Counted from the whole stretch's first letter, positions 38,017-51,499 are shown. The stretch is DNA of 63,106 bases, filler included, from Octopus bimaculoides (GCF_001194135.2; 6 parts of 5 records of this genome joined end to end with filler, not necessarily neighbours in it); one strand, 5' to 3'. Made by a program: numbers and translations. Notes: generated by a model not told the origin, from the letters alone.

Positions 38017-38326
38017 CTGCTATTGTTGTTGTTGTAAACGTTTGTTACCACTGATCTATTTCATATGTTTCCGGCCTCCAATCTAATTATTTGTGGTCTA
38101 AAATCACCCATCTGTAGGAATACGATCGAAATATTTACTGGTATTTGGGATGACCGTTACAAGGACAACAATGGCGAAATAATCAATCAGTGTCACGAAT
38201 ATCTGGTGATAGCTGGGCAACTTCATTTTACATATTAGAAACGACAGTTCGCAAAACCTTCTACCACCACACAAAAACAAAAAAACCCCCCAAAACAAAC
38301 GGTCGCGCATATTTTCATTAACATTC

Positions 38327-38391
<65 letters not shown>

Positions 38392-38719
38392 GCACGCACA
38401 AACGCACACACACACATACACATACAGCACACACACATCACACACAAAACGTTTTTTTTTCATAGTTCTCAAGAAAAGAAGAGTAACTGCAGAACTTTTC
38501 ATTTTCTATGAACTTTTCATTGTTGCATACGCATTTTTTTTTTCAGAAATTTTCCAGATAGACAGGTAGATAGACAAATAGACAGGCAAACAGATAGACA
38601 GACATATTGATTGATTAATTGATTGATTGCCCCTCAATAATGCCTATGTGGATTTCCACATCTCAAGAATCAAATGTTTCAGAAAAATATACGATTTCAT
38701 CATAAAATTTTCAAAATAA

Positions 38720-38746
38720 CCGTGGAATTTCCACGGGTACTGCTAG
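38720..38746 (+). mobile_element. Helitron-type 3' terminus of a non-autonomous element
   Basis: Hairpin ccgtggaatttccacgg + gtactgCTAG followed by T; upstream (AGAC/AGAT)n tract at about 38555-38605. Confidence 0.7.
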
Positions 38747-39405
38747 TTCTAACTATAATCGGTTAAATTAAAGCTTTGAACTTTCCTCCTCGCTATCCAC
38801 TTATCCAATAAAATATCAAACACCCCTTCAAGAAACTCTTGAAGGGGTGTTTGAAACTCTATGTAATGGTTGCCAAATTTATATAGTGTATACGAACTTA
38901 CTATTTCTGACCCTGAAAATCTCTAATGTGGCCGCTACCAGAATCTACAAGCATACAAAAATAGACTGCACAGTTGAAAGAACACAACCGATCTAGATTT
39001 TCACATTGCATCCCATACGATTCATCACTGCATGTCGGACTGTGCAGACAAGATATAACTAGGATGATGGCTCTATATGTCATTCGGCCTACTATTTGTG
39101 AGCAATAAGACTTACTCGATGGAAACTTACCTAGTGTTACACGACAACAACTATTATCATCACCACCGCTACAAGCCTCTCAGCACATTGTTAACCAATC
39201 ACTTATCAGCAATAACACTACATCCTCGATACAATACCACACAACAACATAGCAATACTACAACATAGCACCACACCATACAACACACATCACAACCTTC
39301 ACCAAGACTCACATCAGTTGATTTCCAGGTCAGTTGAGTGCATTCAAGGCAAATAAATCTTTAACGTATAATTCCCTTCACCGTATGTGTAGTGTATGTG
39401 TATGT

Positions 39406-39440
<35 letters not shown>

Positions 39441-39876
39441 TGTATGTATGTACCTGCATATATGTGTATATATATATATGTGCATGTGTGAGGGTTTGCC
39501 AATGGTCATGTTAGAGAGTTACGCTGAACTATGACCTACGAGAAGACAAGAAACACTTTGTGATATGAAAATCATATGAAATGGGAGGTTTTTCTTTTTC
39601 ACCCCCTTGAATACATTATGCAGCGAGAGTGAATGACCTATGGACTTGGAAAAGGAGAGAGAGATAGGAAAGGAGGAGAAGGAGGAGGATAGGGATAGGG
39701 AAGGGGAAGTAGGAGGAGGAGGAGAGAAAAAGGGGCAATAAAAAGAGAGAAAGAAAAATGTAAAAGATGAAAACACACGTTGTTATTGTTGTTGTTGTTG
39801 TTGGTGGTGTGTTAGTGTGCGTGCATATATCTATATACATATACATACATATGCGCGCGCGAACACGCATACACAC

Positions 39877-39947
<71 letters not shown>

Positions 39948-40254
39948 CATACATGGAGAGAGACAGAGAGAAAAGGTGACAGAGAGAAGGTATTTGGGGG
40001 ACGAAGAGAGAAGGAAAAAAAGAGACAGTGAATGAGATACTGAGAAAGAGGTTAAGAGAAAGGGAAGTGACAGCTAATTGGGAGGTACGGTTAGATCCTC
40101 CCAGCCTTCTCCACTCATTTTCTTATATCAGGTTTCTCTACATCTCAGTAGGTTCACACAATAGAATAAATTCGAGCAATAGAAGAAGAGAATTAATAAT
40201 AGTTCGTTCTGGAACATTCGCGGAGACACCAAATTTTAGGGGTTAGGGTTGGGG

Positions 40255-40545
40255 GTGAGGTATAATAAATAATATTTACTGCAATTTTGACTTTGAGAAA
40301 AATTGTTTTTTAACAGATCTGACAAAAACTATATCAGCTAAGCCAACGACCTTCTGTAAATGCATTAAAAGCATAATATTCAGAACACTATTTCATAAAA
40401 TTATTTTCCTTCTCTTTGAGTAATACAAAAGGTAAATTTAGGTGGGACAAAATGTGAAAGAGAAAGTAAGTTCTTCAGAATTACATTAAAGAAAAAGACT
40501 CATACACATCAAAATTAATCCTTAGACATTAGAAAGATGAGAAAT

Positions 40546-40581
<36 letters not shown>

Positions 40582-41130
40582 CATGGTGAAATGAAATAGG
40601 ATTATATCTAAAAAAAACTTTACATAAAATATTCTCTATAGCTTCTTCACGATCGGCTAGAGTAGCTCTCTTCCTGATATATGTACACAACATGCAGTTA
40701 AAGAGAAGAAATAATTGACATTAGACATTACTCATTTTACCCCAGCTTAGACATAGTTTCTTGAAAATCGAAAATGATCAAATTAGACATTAGTGTGGGA
40801 AAAATTGACTTGGAATCCAAGAAAAAAAAGAATTTTGATTGTTGAAGACCAAAAATTATCCGGATATTTTATTAGCAGTGGTGAAAATTGAGTAAAAATT
40901 TGCTGAAAAGAACAAAACAAAAAAAATGAACTGTCAGCTAATTACGTTTCAAATTCTCTCAACAACAACAACAACAACAGCAACAGCAACAACAACAACA
41001 GCAACAACAACAACAACAACAATTATGCTGAACGATTTGTACTCTCAAAGATGATGCGACGGTACATAACGATGTAATGGTTTCAAACGAATAGGACGAA
41101 AATAAGAATTCCGAAATTACTCACTTTGCC
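40255..41130. repeat. Unclassified ~800-bp repeat, copy 2
   Basis: See 31325-32120. Confidence 0.85.
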
Positions 41131-41547
41131 CTACTTACCCAATTCTCTTCCCCTCAGATATTTACAAGAGCAGGGTTTCCCAACCACCGGACCGCAGACC
41201 AGTAGCGAGACGCTGTCCAGTACCAGGCTGCACAAAAAGAAAATATTAAAAAAATTTTATTCTGTTTCATTGACCATCGCATTCTGCAGGGTGGTTTTTG
41301 AATTATATACAGCTGTTCGGGATAAATTTGACGATAACTTATGTCTCCTTTTTTAAGAAACAACTTGATGTATTGGTGAACAGTCAATGGCGTTGGAGAG
41401 CAGAAAAATTAGAGATGTTGTTGAGAAAAAGTTAGCTGACATGGAGGACTAAAAAGCCACCTGAATATTGGAAAAGAGTTACCTGTATCATGTTGAGTCA
41501 CGTAGAGTGTCAAAATGCCAACATCATGACTGGCTGGAATGGTTGCT

Positions 41548-41690
41548 GCCAGAAGGCCATATGTGTGGCAGAAGGGTTTGGCTCATTGCCATACTTCCAG
41601 AAACAGTGAGAAGTGGTTGTCTGAGAATTTCTACAAGTTCATCGAACCCAATTTCTAGCCTCCTAATTCCCCCAATTATGAGATCCCCCA
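41548..41690 (+). mobile_element. Tc1/mariner-superfamily transposase fragment
   Basis: VAARRPYVWQKGLAHCHTSRNSEKWLSENF...F*PPNSP (decayed QQDxAPxHTS and WPPNSPD motifs). Confidence 0.75.
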
Positions 41691-41782
41691 ACTGGGAGAT
41701 CACAAGCACAAGAAAACAAAATGAAGTACAATATATATATATATATATATATATAATTTAATTATTACAGATATAATACACA

Positions 41783-42178
41783 CAAGGTGTTCGGGATAAA
41801 TATCCCATCCAAACATAAAAAAAAATATCAGCTAGATCAGGGTTGGGAGATAACTACGCCTCACACATTTGGAACCATGGATTATCTGTGTAAGGCGCAG
41901 TTGAGAAAAACATCAGTTACTGTAACACCAAGGCCGAGCTGGTGGCCAAACACAAGGTGTTCGAGGATGTTCCGAGAGACATAGTGAGGAACACATGCTC
42001 CAGTTTCGGAGCCATTTCGAGGCAGTGGTGGAAGCTAAGCGTGGTTACTTTGAACTGTTATCTCCGAGCCGTGCTCCAGTTGATATTTTTTGATTTTTAA
42101 AAATACTTTCATGTCTGGATAGGATATTGTGTTTTTTTCCCGTTCATGCAAACTGTCAAATTTAGCCCGAACACCTTG
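41783..42178 (+). mobile_element. Tc1-type MITE
   Basis: TIRs caaggtgttcgggataaat / atttagcccgaacaccttg followed by TA; internal transposase C-terminal remnant (EAVVEAKRGYFE). Confidence 0.85.
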
Positions 42179-43197
42179 TATGTATTATATACGTAATAAT
42201 TAAATTATATTTATTGCACTTTATTTTGTTTTGTTACGCGTGTGATCTCCCGGTCCGCAGAAAAATTATCTAGCAGGAGACCAGTACTTGGTGCAAAAGA
42301 AGAAAATAACCAAAATGTTGGGGACTTTTGTTCTAGAAGGAAATCTGGTATTGCCCGGAAATTGAAACTCTGTTTTGTTAGCTGACTAGTGGAATTCAAA
42401 TCTAATAATTGTAGTGTACAAAATTATTATTTTAACACATTTTATTTGTAGCAGATTTTCTATTTCACTTCTTAAAAAAATGCATATTTGCGTTTCAGTA
42501 ACACATAATAAAAAGAAACATTATATATCACACTTTTGACGTGGAAAACACCTTCGTTTGACAAGGTGAAGCAGCTACGTTCATTGTGATGGTTCCCTGG
42601 AAAAGAAGAGAAGACATTTAATAGTTAAAAAAAAAAAGAGGTTATGAATTATGAATAGAAATACTATATATTTATTTGAAAATCTGCAGGATATAATGAA
42701 AATTTTCTATCTCATTCTTACACATACATACTCATTCAGATACTCGCACACGCGCACACACGCATACACACGCACAACGTAACAGTAGTGAAACATACCA
42801 AAAATATATTTTACATAATGCAAACATTGTCTGGTATAGAACTTAATATGCTGGGTAGAGTGGCTTGATACGTGTCTATTATATCAAAATATATCAAAGT
42901 TGACTGTCTACTCTGAGATTTACTCTAAAGTGGTCTGTTCATGCAGTCGTGAACAGCCCAGTTAAGAGTGAAACTCAGAGTAGATTGCTAACTCTCTCTC
43001 TCTCCCTCTCTCTCACTCCCTCTCTCTCACTCCCTCTCTCTCTCCCTCTCTCTCTCTCTCTCCCTCTCTCTCTCTCCCTCTCTCTCTCTATATATATATT
43101 ACACGCACACACACACACACATATGTATATATATATGTGTGTGTGTGTATATTACGTATACAATTTGTGTATATATATATATATATATATATACATA

Positions 43198-43418
43198 CAG
43201 GGTTAGCCAAAAGTCAATCGACAGTAAATCAAAATTCTATAAATACTATCTGTAATTCTGTATTGACTCGAATGGAAAAATGTGTCGCTCAAGGACTTCA
43301 GTTTGAACTATTTTCATGTTTAAATGCTTTTATTAAATTCATTTAGTTGACAAACGTAAATATATCTTAGTATTAAATGGATGTTGAATTACTGTCAGGT
43401 GACTTTTGGCCAATCCTG
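43198..43418 (+). mobile_element. Tc1-type MITE
   Basis: TA-cagggttagccaaaagtca ... tgacttttggccaatcctg-TA; remnant CNSVLTRMEKCVAQG. Confidence 0.85.
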
Positions 43419-43446
43419 TATATGCATATGTAAGATATATATATAT

Positions 43447-43663
43447 AGGCGTAGGAGTGGCTGTGTGGTAAGTAGCTTGCTTACCAACCACATGGTTCCG
43501 GGTTCAGTCCCACTGCGTGGCACCTTGGGCAAGTGTCTTCTACTATAGCCTCGGGCTGACCAAAGCCTTGTGAGTGGATTTGGTAGACGGAAACTGAAAG
43601 AAGCCCGTCGTATATATATATATATATGTGTGTGTTTGTGCGTCTGTGTTTGTCTCCCCCCAC
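43447..43663 (+). mobile_element. SINE family B, 5' part up to the gap
   Basis: ggcgtaggagtggctgtgtggtaagtagc...gtttgtctcccccc. Confidence 0.9.
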
Positions 43664-44039
43664 NNNNNNNNNNNNNNNNNNNNNNNNNNNNNNNNNNNNN
43701 NNNNNNNNNNNNNNNNNNNNNNNNNNNNNNNNNNNNNNNNNNNNNNNNNNNNNNNNNNNNNNNNNNNNNNNNNNNNNNNNNNNNNNNNNNNNNNNNNNNN
43801 NNNNNNNNNNNNNNNNNNNNNNNNNNNNNNNNNNNNNNNNNNNNNNNNNNNNNNNNNNNNNNNNNNNNNNNNNNNNNNNNNNNNNNNNNNNNNNNNNNNN
43901 NNNNNNNNNNNNNNNNNNNNNNNNNNNNNNNNNNNNNNNNNNNNNNNNNNNNNNNNNNNNNNNNNNNNNNNNNNNNNNNNNNNNNNNNNNNNNNNNNNNN
44001 NNNNNNNNNNNNNNNNNNNTATATATATATATATATCTT

Positions 44040-44420
44040 TTTCTTGTTTTAGTCATTAGACTGCGGCCATGCTGAGGTATCGCCTTCAAGAATTTTAGTC
44101 GAATAAATAGATTCGAGTACTTATTACTTTTTGTAAAGCCTGAAACTCATTATATCGGTTTCTTTTGCCGAGCCGCTATGGTACGGGACGTAAATACACC
44201 AATACCGGTTGTCAAGCGGTAATGGGTGACAAACGCATATTCAATCACATACGCACGCACACACACACGCACATGTACACACACACACACACACACTACA
44301 GGCTTCTTTCAGTTTCTTTCTTCCAAATCCACTCACAAGACTTTGGTTGGCCCGAAGTTAGAGTAGAAAAGAATTGCTCAAGATGCGACACATAAGGACT
44401 GAACTCAGGACCACGTAGTT
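44040..44420 (-). mobile_element. SINE family B
   Basis: Reverse copy: gtcattagactgcggccatgc...ggactgaactcaggaccac. Confidence 0.85.
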
Positions 44421-44631
44421 GGGATAGTTTTTGTTATATTTTTTCATTAAAACTGGAGCTGAGAGTTTGACTCGTGACTCGAGTTTCATACCATTGTGAT
44501 CTTCACGCACCTGAAGATTGCAGCGGCATGAAACTCGTGTCTCGAGACAAACACTCAACTTCAATTTTAATAGAGAAAAACCATATTCTGTACATGTATT
44601 GAGTACTTTTTACTTAGTTATTAGTCATTAA

Positions 44632-44921
44632 CCCATTACCTCCCATAATTCTATTAACTGGAATTTTTTTATGAAACTTTGATTTCTAGCATAAAACAGC
44701 CTTAGAAACACGCTGGAATGATCAAAATAACATTTCAAAATAATATTTTAAATAGAAATAAGCGAGATATTGGGTGAAAAATTAGCAAACCTCATTTGAA
44801 TATCAAAGAAATATACCTAGTAGATATAGCAAAAAGGTTAGATATGTGTAAATATTGACGGATAATTACGAAATTTGTAATTTTTAAGTGATCTCATATG
44901 AGATCACTGGTTGGTAATGGG
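44632..44921. mobile_element. piggyBac-type MITE
   Basis: TTAA-cccattacc ... ggtaatggg-TTAA. Confidence 0.8.
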
Positions 44922-45680
44922 TTAAGCAACGTGTGTGTGGGTACACACACACACACACCCACACACACGGACACAAACACACATATATACACACACATAG
45001 AGATGTGCACAGAACCAGTCCCAAAAACCAGTGAACCATGACAGACTGTCACAGACCAACCAAAAATAAAATAAAAAAATCTTCTTTAACTCTTCTTCCC
45101 TCCCACCCCAGCTAGCCAGTCATACTGTCTCTTAAGACAGTAAAACATTCCTTCAATATACACAAGAGAAAAAGGCCAGGTCAGTTCCTTCTCAATTTTA
45201 TTCGATTGTCAAAGAATATGTATGAGAATATGTATATGTATTTTTCCATATGTGTATTTTCATACACTGTTTTTAACACTGTTTTTAACAATTTCANNNN
45301 NNNNNNNNNNNNNNNNNNNNNNNNNNNNNNNNNNNNNNNNTTAATTAATTAANNNNNNNNNNNNNNNNNNNNNNNNNNNNNNNNNNNNNNNNNNNNATAT
45401 ATATATATATATATAAACTCTCTTTATCTCAAGTCTTATATTCTTTGTATCAATGTATAATGTTCGCTGTGTGGGTGTATGAGTGTGTGTACTTACATGC
45501 ACATATAGATAATACATGCATATATCCATTCATACAAGCATGCATGCATATATACAAACATACATACATACATACATACGTACATACATACATATGTACA
45601 TGCATACATGCTTTCATACATAGGTACATACGTACCTACATACTTTCCAACCAACGTACATACACACACACACAAACACA

Positions 45681-45737
<57 letters not shown>

Positions 45738-46470
45738 GTATGCATGAACGTATGTATGTGTTCAAGCATGTGTATGTATATCTGTGCAAGCAAGCGCATT
45801 TTTCTCTGTGTGTGAGGAGTAGAGAGAGACAGAAAGACTGGGAGAGAGAGTGAGGAAGAAGCATATTTATAAACATCCCCACACCCGACAGAGAAAACTA
45901 GAGGGTATGCGTTGTTGAAGGGACTTAGTGAAATAAAGCAATCGATTTCTCCGTACATTCACATGATGTTTCAAGTATTTATATTGACTTCACGTTTCCT
46001 CGCCTCTGAAGAAAACGAGAATATTGCCACATTTTAATTCATTTATGTCCCATATATTATGATAATTACTAAAGAGATGCCTGGAATTTTCAAAATTTTT
46101 TTTCAAATATTGATATTTCTCTTTTAATGCATAAATTCATAGAAACTTTGAAGATATATATCTTCAAAATATGATTATATTATGCTAATGTTAACCAATC
46201 TCTCTTCTATTTTCTTTCATAATTAATCTTATTTGATACATAATACTAAAACTGCATTTCATTTCCTTTTACTTGTTTCACGCACTGGACTGTGGCCATG
46301 CTGGGGCACTGAGTTGAATTGTTTATTCGAACAAATCGACCCCAGTACATATTTTAAAAGCCTGGTATTTAGTCTTTCAATGCACTTTGACGAACAGTTT
46401 AGTTACAGGTACATAAACAAATCAACACCGGTTATCAAGCGATAGGGTGATATACATAAGAGCGCGGGCA

Positions 46471-46507
<37 letters not shown>

Positions 46508-46570
46508 ACACACACACACACACAAACACACACGCACACANNNNNNNNNNAACCAAATTCACTCACAAGT

Positions 46571-46786
46571 CATTCTTTTCTACTCTAAGCACAAGGCCCG
46601 AAAGTTTGGGGGAGAGGGGCCAGTCGATTAGATCGACCCCAGTACGCAACTGGTACTTAATTTATCGACCTCGGCGGAATTTGAACTCAGAACGTAAAGG
46701 CAGACGAAATACCACTCAGCATTTCGCCCAGCGTGCCGCTAAGCGTTTTGCCTGGGGTGCGAACGCTTCTACCAGCTCGCTGCCTT
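46571..46786 (-). mobile_element. SINE family A
   Basis: Reverse copy, internal deletion. Confidence 0.85.
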
Positions 46787-46808
46787 AATAAATAATAATA
46801 ATATTATT

Positions 46809-46867
<59 letters not shown>

Positions 46868-46869
<2 letters not shown>

Positions 46870-47360
46870 GATGATCTTGGTAGATTGTCACAAATGACAC
46901 AAAAACTTGTCGATAACCTGGATATGCTATAAAAATGCTTTTGATAGTTTACCACATAACTGGATTAAGAAATGTCTGGAAATGTATAAAACTCTGCGAA
47001 ACGTCTTCTCTATGAAACGTCTTTTCTACTGTGCGAAACGTCTTTGAACAGTGACAATGAATCTCTCAATGCTGGAGATGTAAGAATTTTATGTGGCAAT
47101 TTCCAGGGTGACTCTCTATCACCACTTTTCTTTTGTCTAGCCTTAATGCCTCTCGCGAAATTGCTTGATGATGATGTATAACACGGCTATAAAATGTTTG
47201 ATAAAAATATAAATCAACTCATTTACCTGGATGATTTAAAGCTCTTTGCAAAAAATGACCAATAACTACAGGGCTTACTAGTGATTGTTAAACAATTCAG
47301 TGATGACATCAAGATGCAATTTGCCTTCAATAAATGTGCAAAAGCTACCTTTATCAAAGG
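46868..47360 (+). mobile_element. R4/Dong-like reverse transcriptase fragment
   Basis: KNAFDSLPHNWIKKCLEMYK; QGDSLSPLFFCLALMPL; LIYLDDLKLFAKND; VKQFSDDIKMQFAFNKCAKATFIKG. Confidence 0.9.
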
Positions 47361-47703
47361 TAGCTTTTGCTACCTTTGATAAAGGTGAAAGGCAAAGTCT
47401 ACCTCAGCAGAATTTGAACTCAGAGCGTAATACTGTAATACTGCTAAGCATTTCGCCCGGTGTACTAACGACATATGGAAAAAATCCCTACAGGCTAATT
47501 AAAAATGTATACAAGCAAATTTTTAACCAATCCAGAGTGTATATACCTAAACAACATACAGCAAATAACAATATTAGGCCCTGCATACGTTTTACGTAGA
47601 GTAATTTTAACAGAATACAAGCGAGAAAACACTGCTGGAACACCAGGCATACATACCTGTGCATAGTAATTTATTGAAGTAGGAAGTAAAAGTTAGTTTA
47701 AAG

Positions 47704-47957
47704 CAGCGGTTTTCAACCGGGGTCCATATAGTCTTTGGGGGTTCATATAAGATTTTGTTGTTAAAAATTATGTGCAATAAATTGATTATACTTCTACAAT
47801 AAACAAAATATTTTACCAATCTTTTTATACAGTTCTTAATAATATTTAATTATAAAAATATATTAGGATTGTTTAAACATTGAATGGTTATGAGTGTTCA
47901 CCCGAGTAAAATAGGTATCAGAGGGACTCATAGGCAATAAATGGTTGAGAACCAATA
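47704..47957 (+). mobile_element. hAT MITE; uninterrupted copy of the 10121 family
   Basis: cagcggttttcaaccgggg...ggttgagaaccaata; colinear with the outer 10121 element; flanks gtttaaag/gtttaggg. Confidence 0.75.
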
Positions 47958-48917
47958 GTTTAGGGTATGGATAGCAATGTTATGTTGATAGTTATTTCAG
48001 AGAAGCAGAGATCCTGGCAGCAGCAAGAGTAGACACAAAGAGAGAAAATGATGAGCTGTGAAACAAAACCGTTTTAAGGCCCGTTAACAGTGGTTAGTTG
48101 CGCAGGAGACTCAGGATTCTAGAGACCCAATACTCATCTGTATATACTGTAGCTTGCGGTCAGTAAATAAATATTATAAGGCCACGAGCATGTAACTGAA
48201 CAGAGGCTTCTAGTGCTGCAAAGACGGCCCTAATGTGGTTGATGTGTCAGTGGAAGTAAGTTAAGATCAGTGGCAGAAACACTAGCAGCATCAGCGGTAC
48301 CGTCCTATGCGTATGTGGAGCACCCAAAATTCAAGATAGACCCGCTTTGGGTCTATCTTGAATTTTGTAAAGAGTGAGCAATATTGTTGAATTATTTTCT
48401 AACTTTCACGAGGAACCCTCGTTTTGTCTGGTTGTCGTTATGACTATGTTGTCGTTGTTGCTGCCGCAATTGTTGTCAGTTTTGCTGTTAAGTCCAGGTC
48501 AACTCTGTTGTGCAAACATACGATAAAAGACATTCCAGCTACAAAGTTGCATTGAAGATCACATTATCTTATCTTAAATTTTATTCATAGAAATCTGCGC
48601 TGCACCTAGACACTTCTTCGACAAACCAGGGTACTGCGATCTAGATAAGATAATAACGTATTTGTGATTTCATTTTAAATAGAGTATTGGAATATTAATT
48701 CTAGATGTTCCTAGTTTTGCTTTATGATCTAGAGATAAGTATTATGTCTACTCACGATAATTCTGCTGACTAAATTATTTGGCTAATTGATATTTCAACG
48801 ATAACACAGTTTTCACAGAAATACTATTTTAAACTCAAAAAATTGCACGAGAGCCTAATTTGGAGTCGTTTTCAATAAACAATTGTCTATTTTAGATTTA
48901 GTAAAATTGATTGAGCG

Positions 48918-49205
48918 AAGGCGTGTAGCTTAGTAGTTAGGGTTTTCGGATCATGATCGTAAGGTCATGAGTTCGATACACGACGGCGCGCTGTGTCCTT
49001 GAGTAAGACACTTCAGTCCACTTAGCTGGCAAAAATGAGTTGTACCAGAATTTCAAAGGGCCAGCCTTATCACATTCTGTGTAACGCTAAATCTGCCTCA
49101 GATATACGTTAAGGGTACGCGTGTCTGTGAAGTGCTTAGCCACTTGCACGCTACTTTCAAGAGCAGGATCAAGTGGAACACTCGTCGTCGTAACTGACGG
49201 AGTAC
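48918..49205 (+). mobile_element. Chimeric SINE (C-like head, gtgtccttgagtaagacact domain, family-C tail)
   Basis: Shares cagtccacttagctggcaaaaatgag with 16255-16490 and its 3' half with family C. Confidence 0.8.
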
Positions 49206-50499
49206 CTGTTTTTTCATATTTTTTAATTGCATGTGGAGACAAAAGCTCCTCTTTCACAAAAGACTTTTTACACAATATCTTCCATAATTTTGCGATCGAT
49301 GCGCCAACGACAAGGAAGATCTCCTGCATAGCATCTCTACCAAAAACATTAACTGCATAGCTACATATGTAAATCGCTACACTATCAGTTAGAAAACATC
49401 ATCGCCACACAAGCTCCACCACAGAAGTATTGACAACTTTAGTTGAATTACACATCTTAACAGTGAGATTTTTTGTCCTGAGGAGAGACATTTCCTCGAA
49501 AGGCCTTTGTCTCATGGCCTTTTGTTCACAAAATATACCTGCCCACGTTTCAATAAGGATAATTAAGATAGCATTTAAGTGCTTTGACTTCTCAAGTAAA
49601 GTTTTTCCTGCGGGGCGCCTCAATGAAATTTCAAGTTATCTTTCTATAATTTAGTGATAACTACAGATATATATCGTAGGCGCTGACGCTTCAAGATGTA
49701 GGGATAAGAATTTATAGGAAGAGAAATATCCCACGGATTATAGGTATGTAAGGGTTGATGTTATTGTTGTTGTTTTCGTTGTTGCTGAGTGTTTTTCTTC
49801 AAAATGTTTTGATAGTTAAAGTCTCATTGAGTTTGATGCTAATTTTAAAGCATAAGCTTCTCACATTATTGGTTGGCAGTCTAAGAAAGGAAAACATTCT
49901 ATCGTAAACCTACTGGGGTTGAAAGCCACTAGCGAAAAAATTACACCCACACACTGACACACACATACACTCACACACACACACACACTCACACACATAC
50001 ACACTCTCTCTCTCTCTCACACACACACACACTCACACACACACACACATCCCATTCGATACACACTAAATTCCTGAAATAAGTTCGTTTGTGTGTTTAG
50101 ACCTCTCTTTCCTATATGTCTATCTCACTCGCTCTATCATACATAAATACATACACACACATTAAGATACTTTACATATACATGCATGATATGCATGCTC
50201 CCCTCTCTCCGTCACTCCATCCATCCATCTAAACGCACATATATACGTACGCATGCACGCACCACGCTCACACATACACACAACACAAACACGCGCGCGC
50301 ACGTGCATATGTGAAAAATAACGAGAAAAGGCTGAAAACGCATCAACTTTTGATATACATACATATTTTTTGCGCTATTAAGCAAGTTTTACTTTTTCAC
50401 AGAAGGTGAAAATAATTTTATTCTATGTATTTATATGTATAAAGATAAGTGTATAAAATGCGTTTTCACAGAATAAATGTTTTCGTATTATAGTTTAAC

Positions 50500-50888
50500 C
50501 GAAAATATTTTGGTGTACATATATATACCGAAATTGAGAAGGAGAGAAGCTCTCTTTCAGTTGCACCAGGGTCTCCGGCTTGTTGACGTAAACCCTCGCT
50601 TTGAGGATTCCCCACAAGAAAAAATCCAGGCTAGTCAAGTCTGGGAAACGTGAAGGCCATTCAAAGTAGACCTCACACATGGTTCCAGCAAGATGAGGAA
50701 ACTGCTCATACCACAAGAGAAACAATGCAGTTGCTACGGTAGCGCTTTGGAGAGAGAATACTCTCCCGCTACGGCAATGTCAGCTGGCTTTGTAGAGGTG
50801 TTGCAAAAAAAATTTCATGCATTTATTTATAAAGTTAAAGAAGCTATTAAAAATCGAAACCCATCAGTGAATTTTGGGACACCCTGCA
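50500..50888 (-). mobile_element. Internally deleted Tc1/maT-like element
   Basis: Terminus cagggtgtcccaaaa at the gap edge; WPSRFPDLTSLDFFLWGILKARVYVNKPETLVQLK. Confidence 0.85.
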
Positions 50889-51499
50889 NNNNNNNNNNNN
50901 NNNNNNNNNNNNNNNNNNNNNNNNNNNNNNNNTTAATTAATTAANNNNNNNNNNNNNNNNNNNNNNNNNNNNNNNNNNNNNNNNNNNNCAATGAGATATT
51001 TGGAAAGAGGTGTCGTACAAATGATACCCACACCAATTTGTCCTTATTTTCGTCGTCACCGTCCACATCATCGCTGAGATTTAATTATAATAATCTATAT
51101 AATAATCTGCCTGTTCGTTTGCCGGTTATACTTTAGTTAGGTAGGTAGGTGAAGGTGGAGTGAGTTACAGGTGGTGTAAAAGTATGTGTGAGAGAGAGAG
51201 CGATAAAAAGAGGAAGAAGTAGAGAAAGTGATATAACAACAAATTAATCACGGGTTCAGTTGAAGGGAGAGACGAAGAATGAGAAAAGACAGTCAGAGAA
51301 AAAGGGAGAGAGAAGTCTTAATGACGTACTGTCGGGTGGGAGAGAAGTAAAGAGAAATTGATATGTGTAGGTTATAATATTTAACAGGTGGTGGTGAGTT
51401 TAAAGACATGCAGATAAAGACAGATGAGCAAGGGAGGCAATTACATTAAGAATGTGATAGGGAGATAGCAGAAATGAGACGTGAACAGAAAGAAAGAAA

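Noticed and set aside
40235-40260. ttaggggttagggtt telomere-like motif
   Set aside because: Only about two units; insufficient for an interstitial telomere call.
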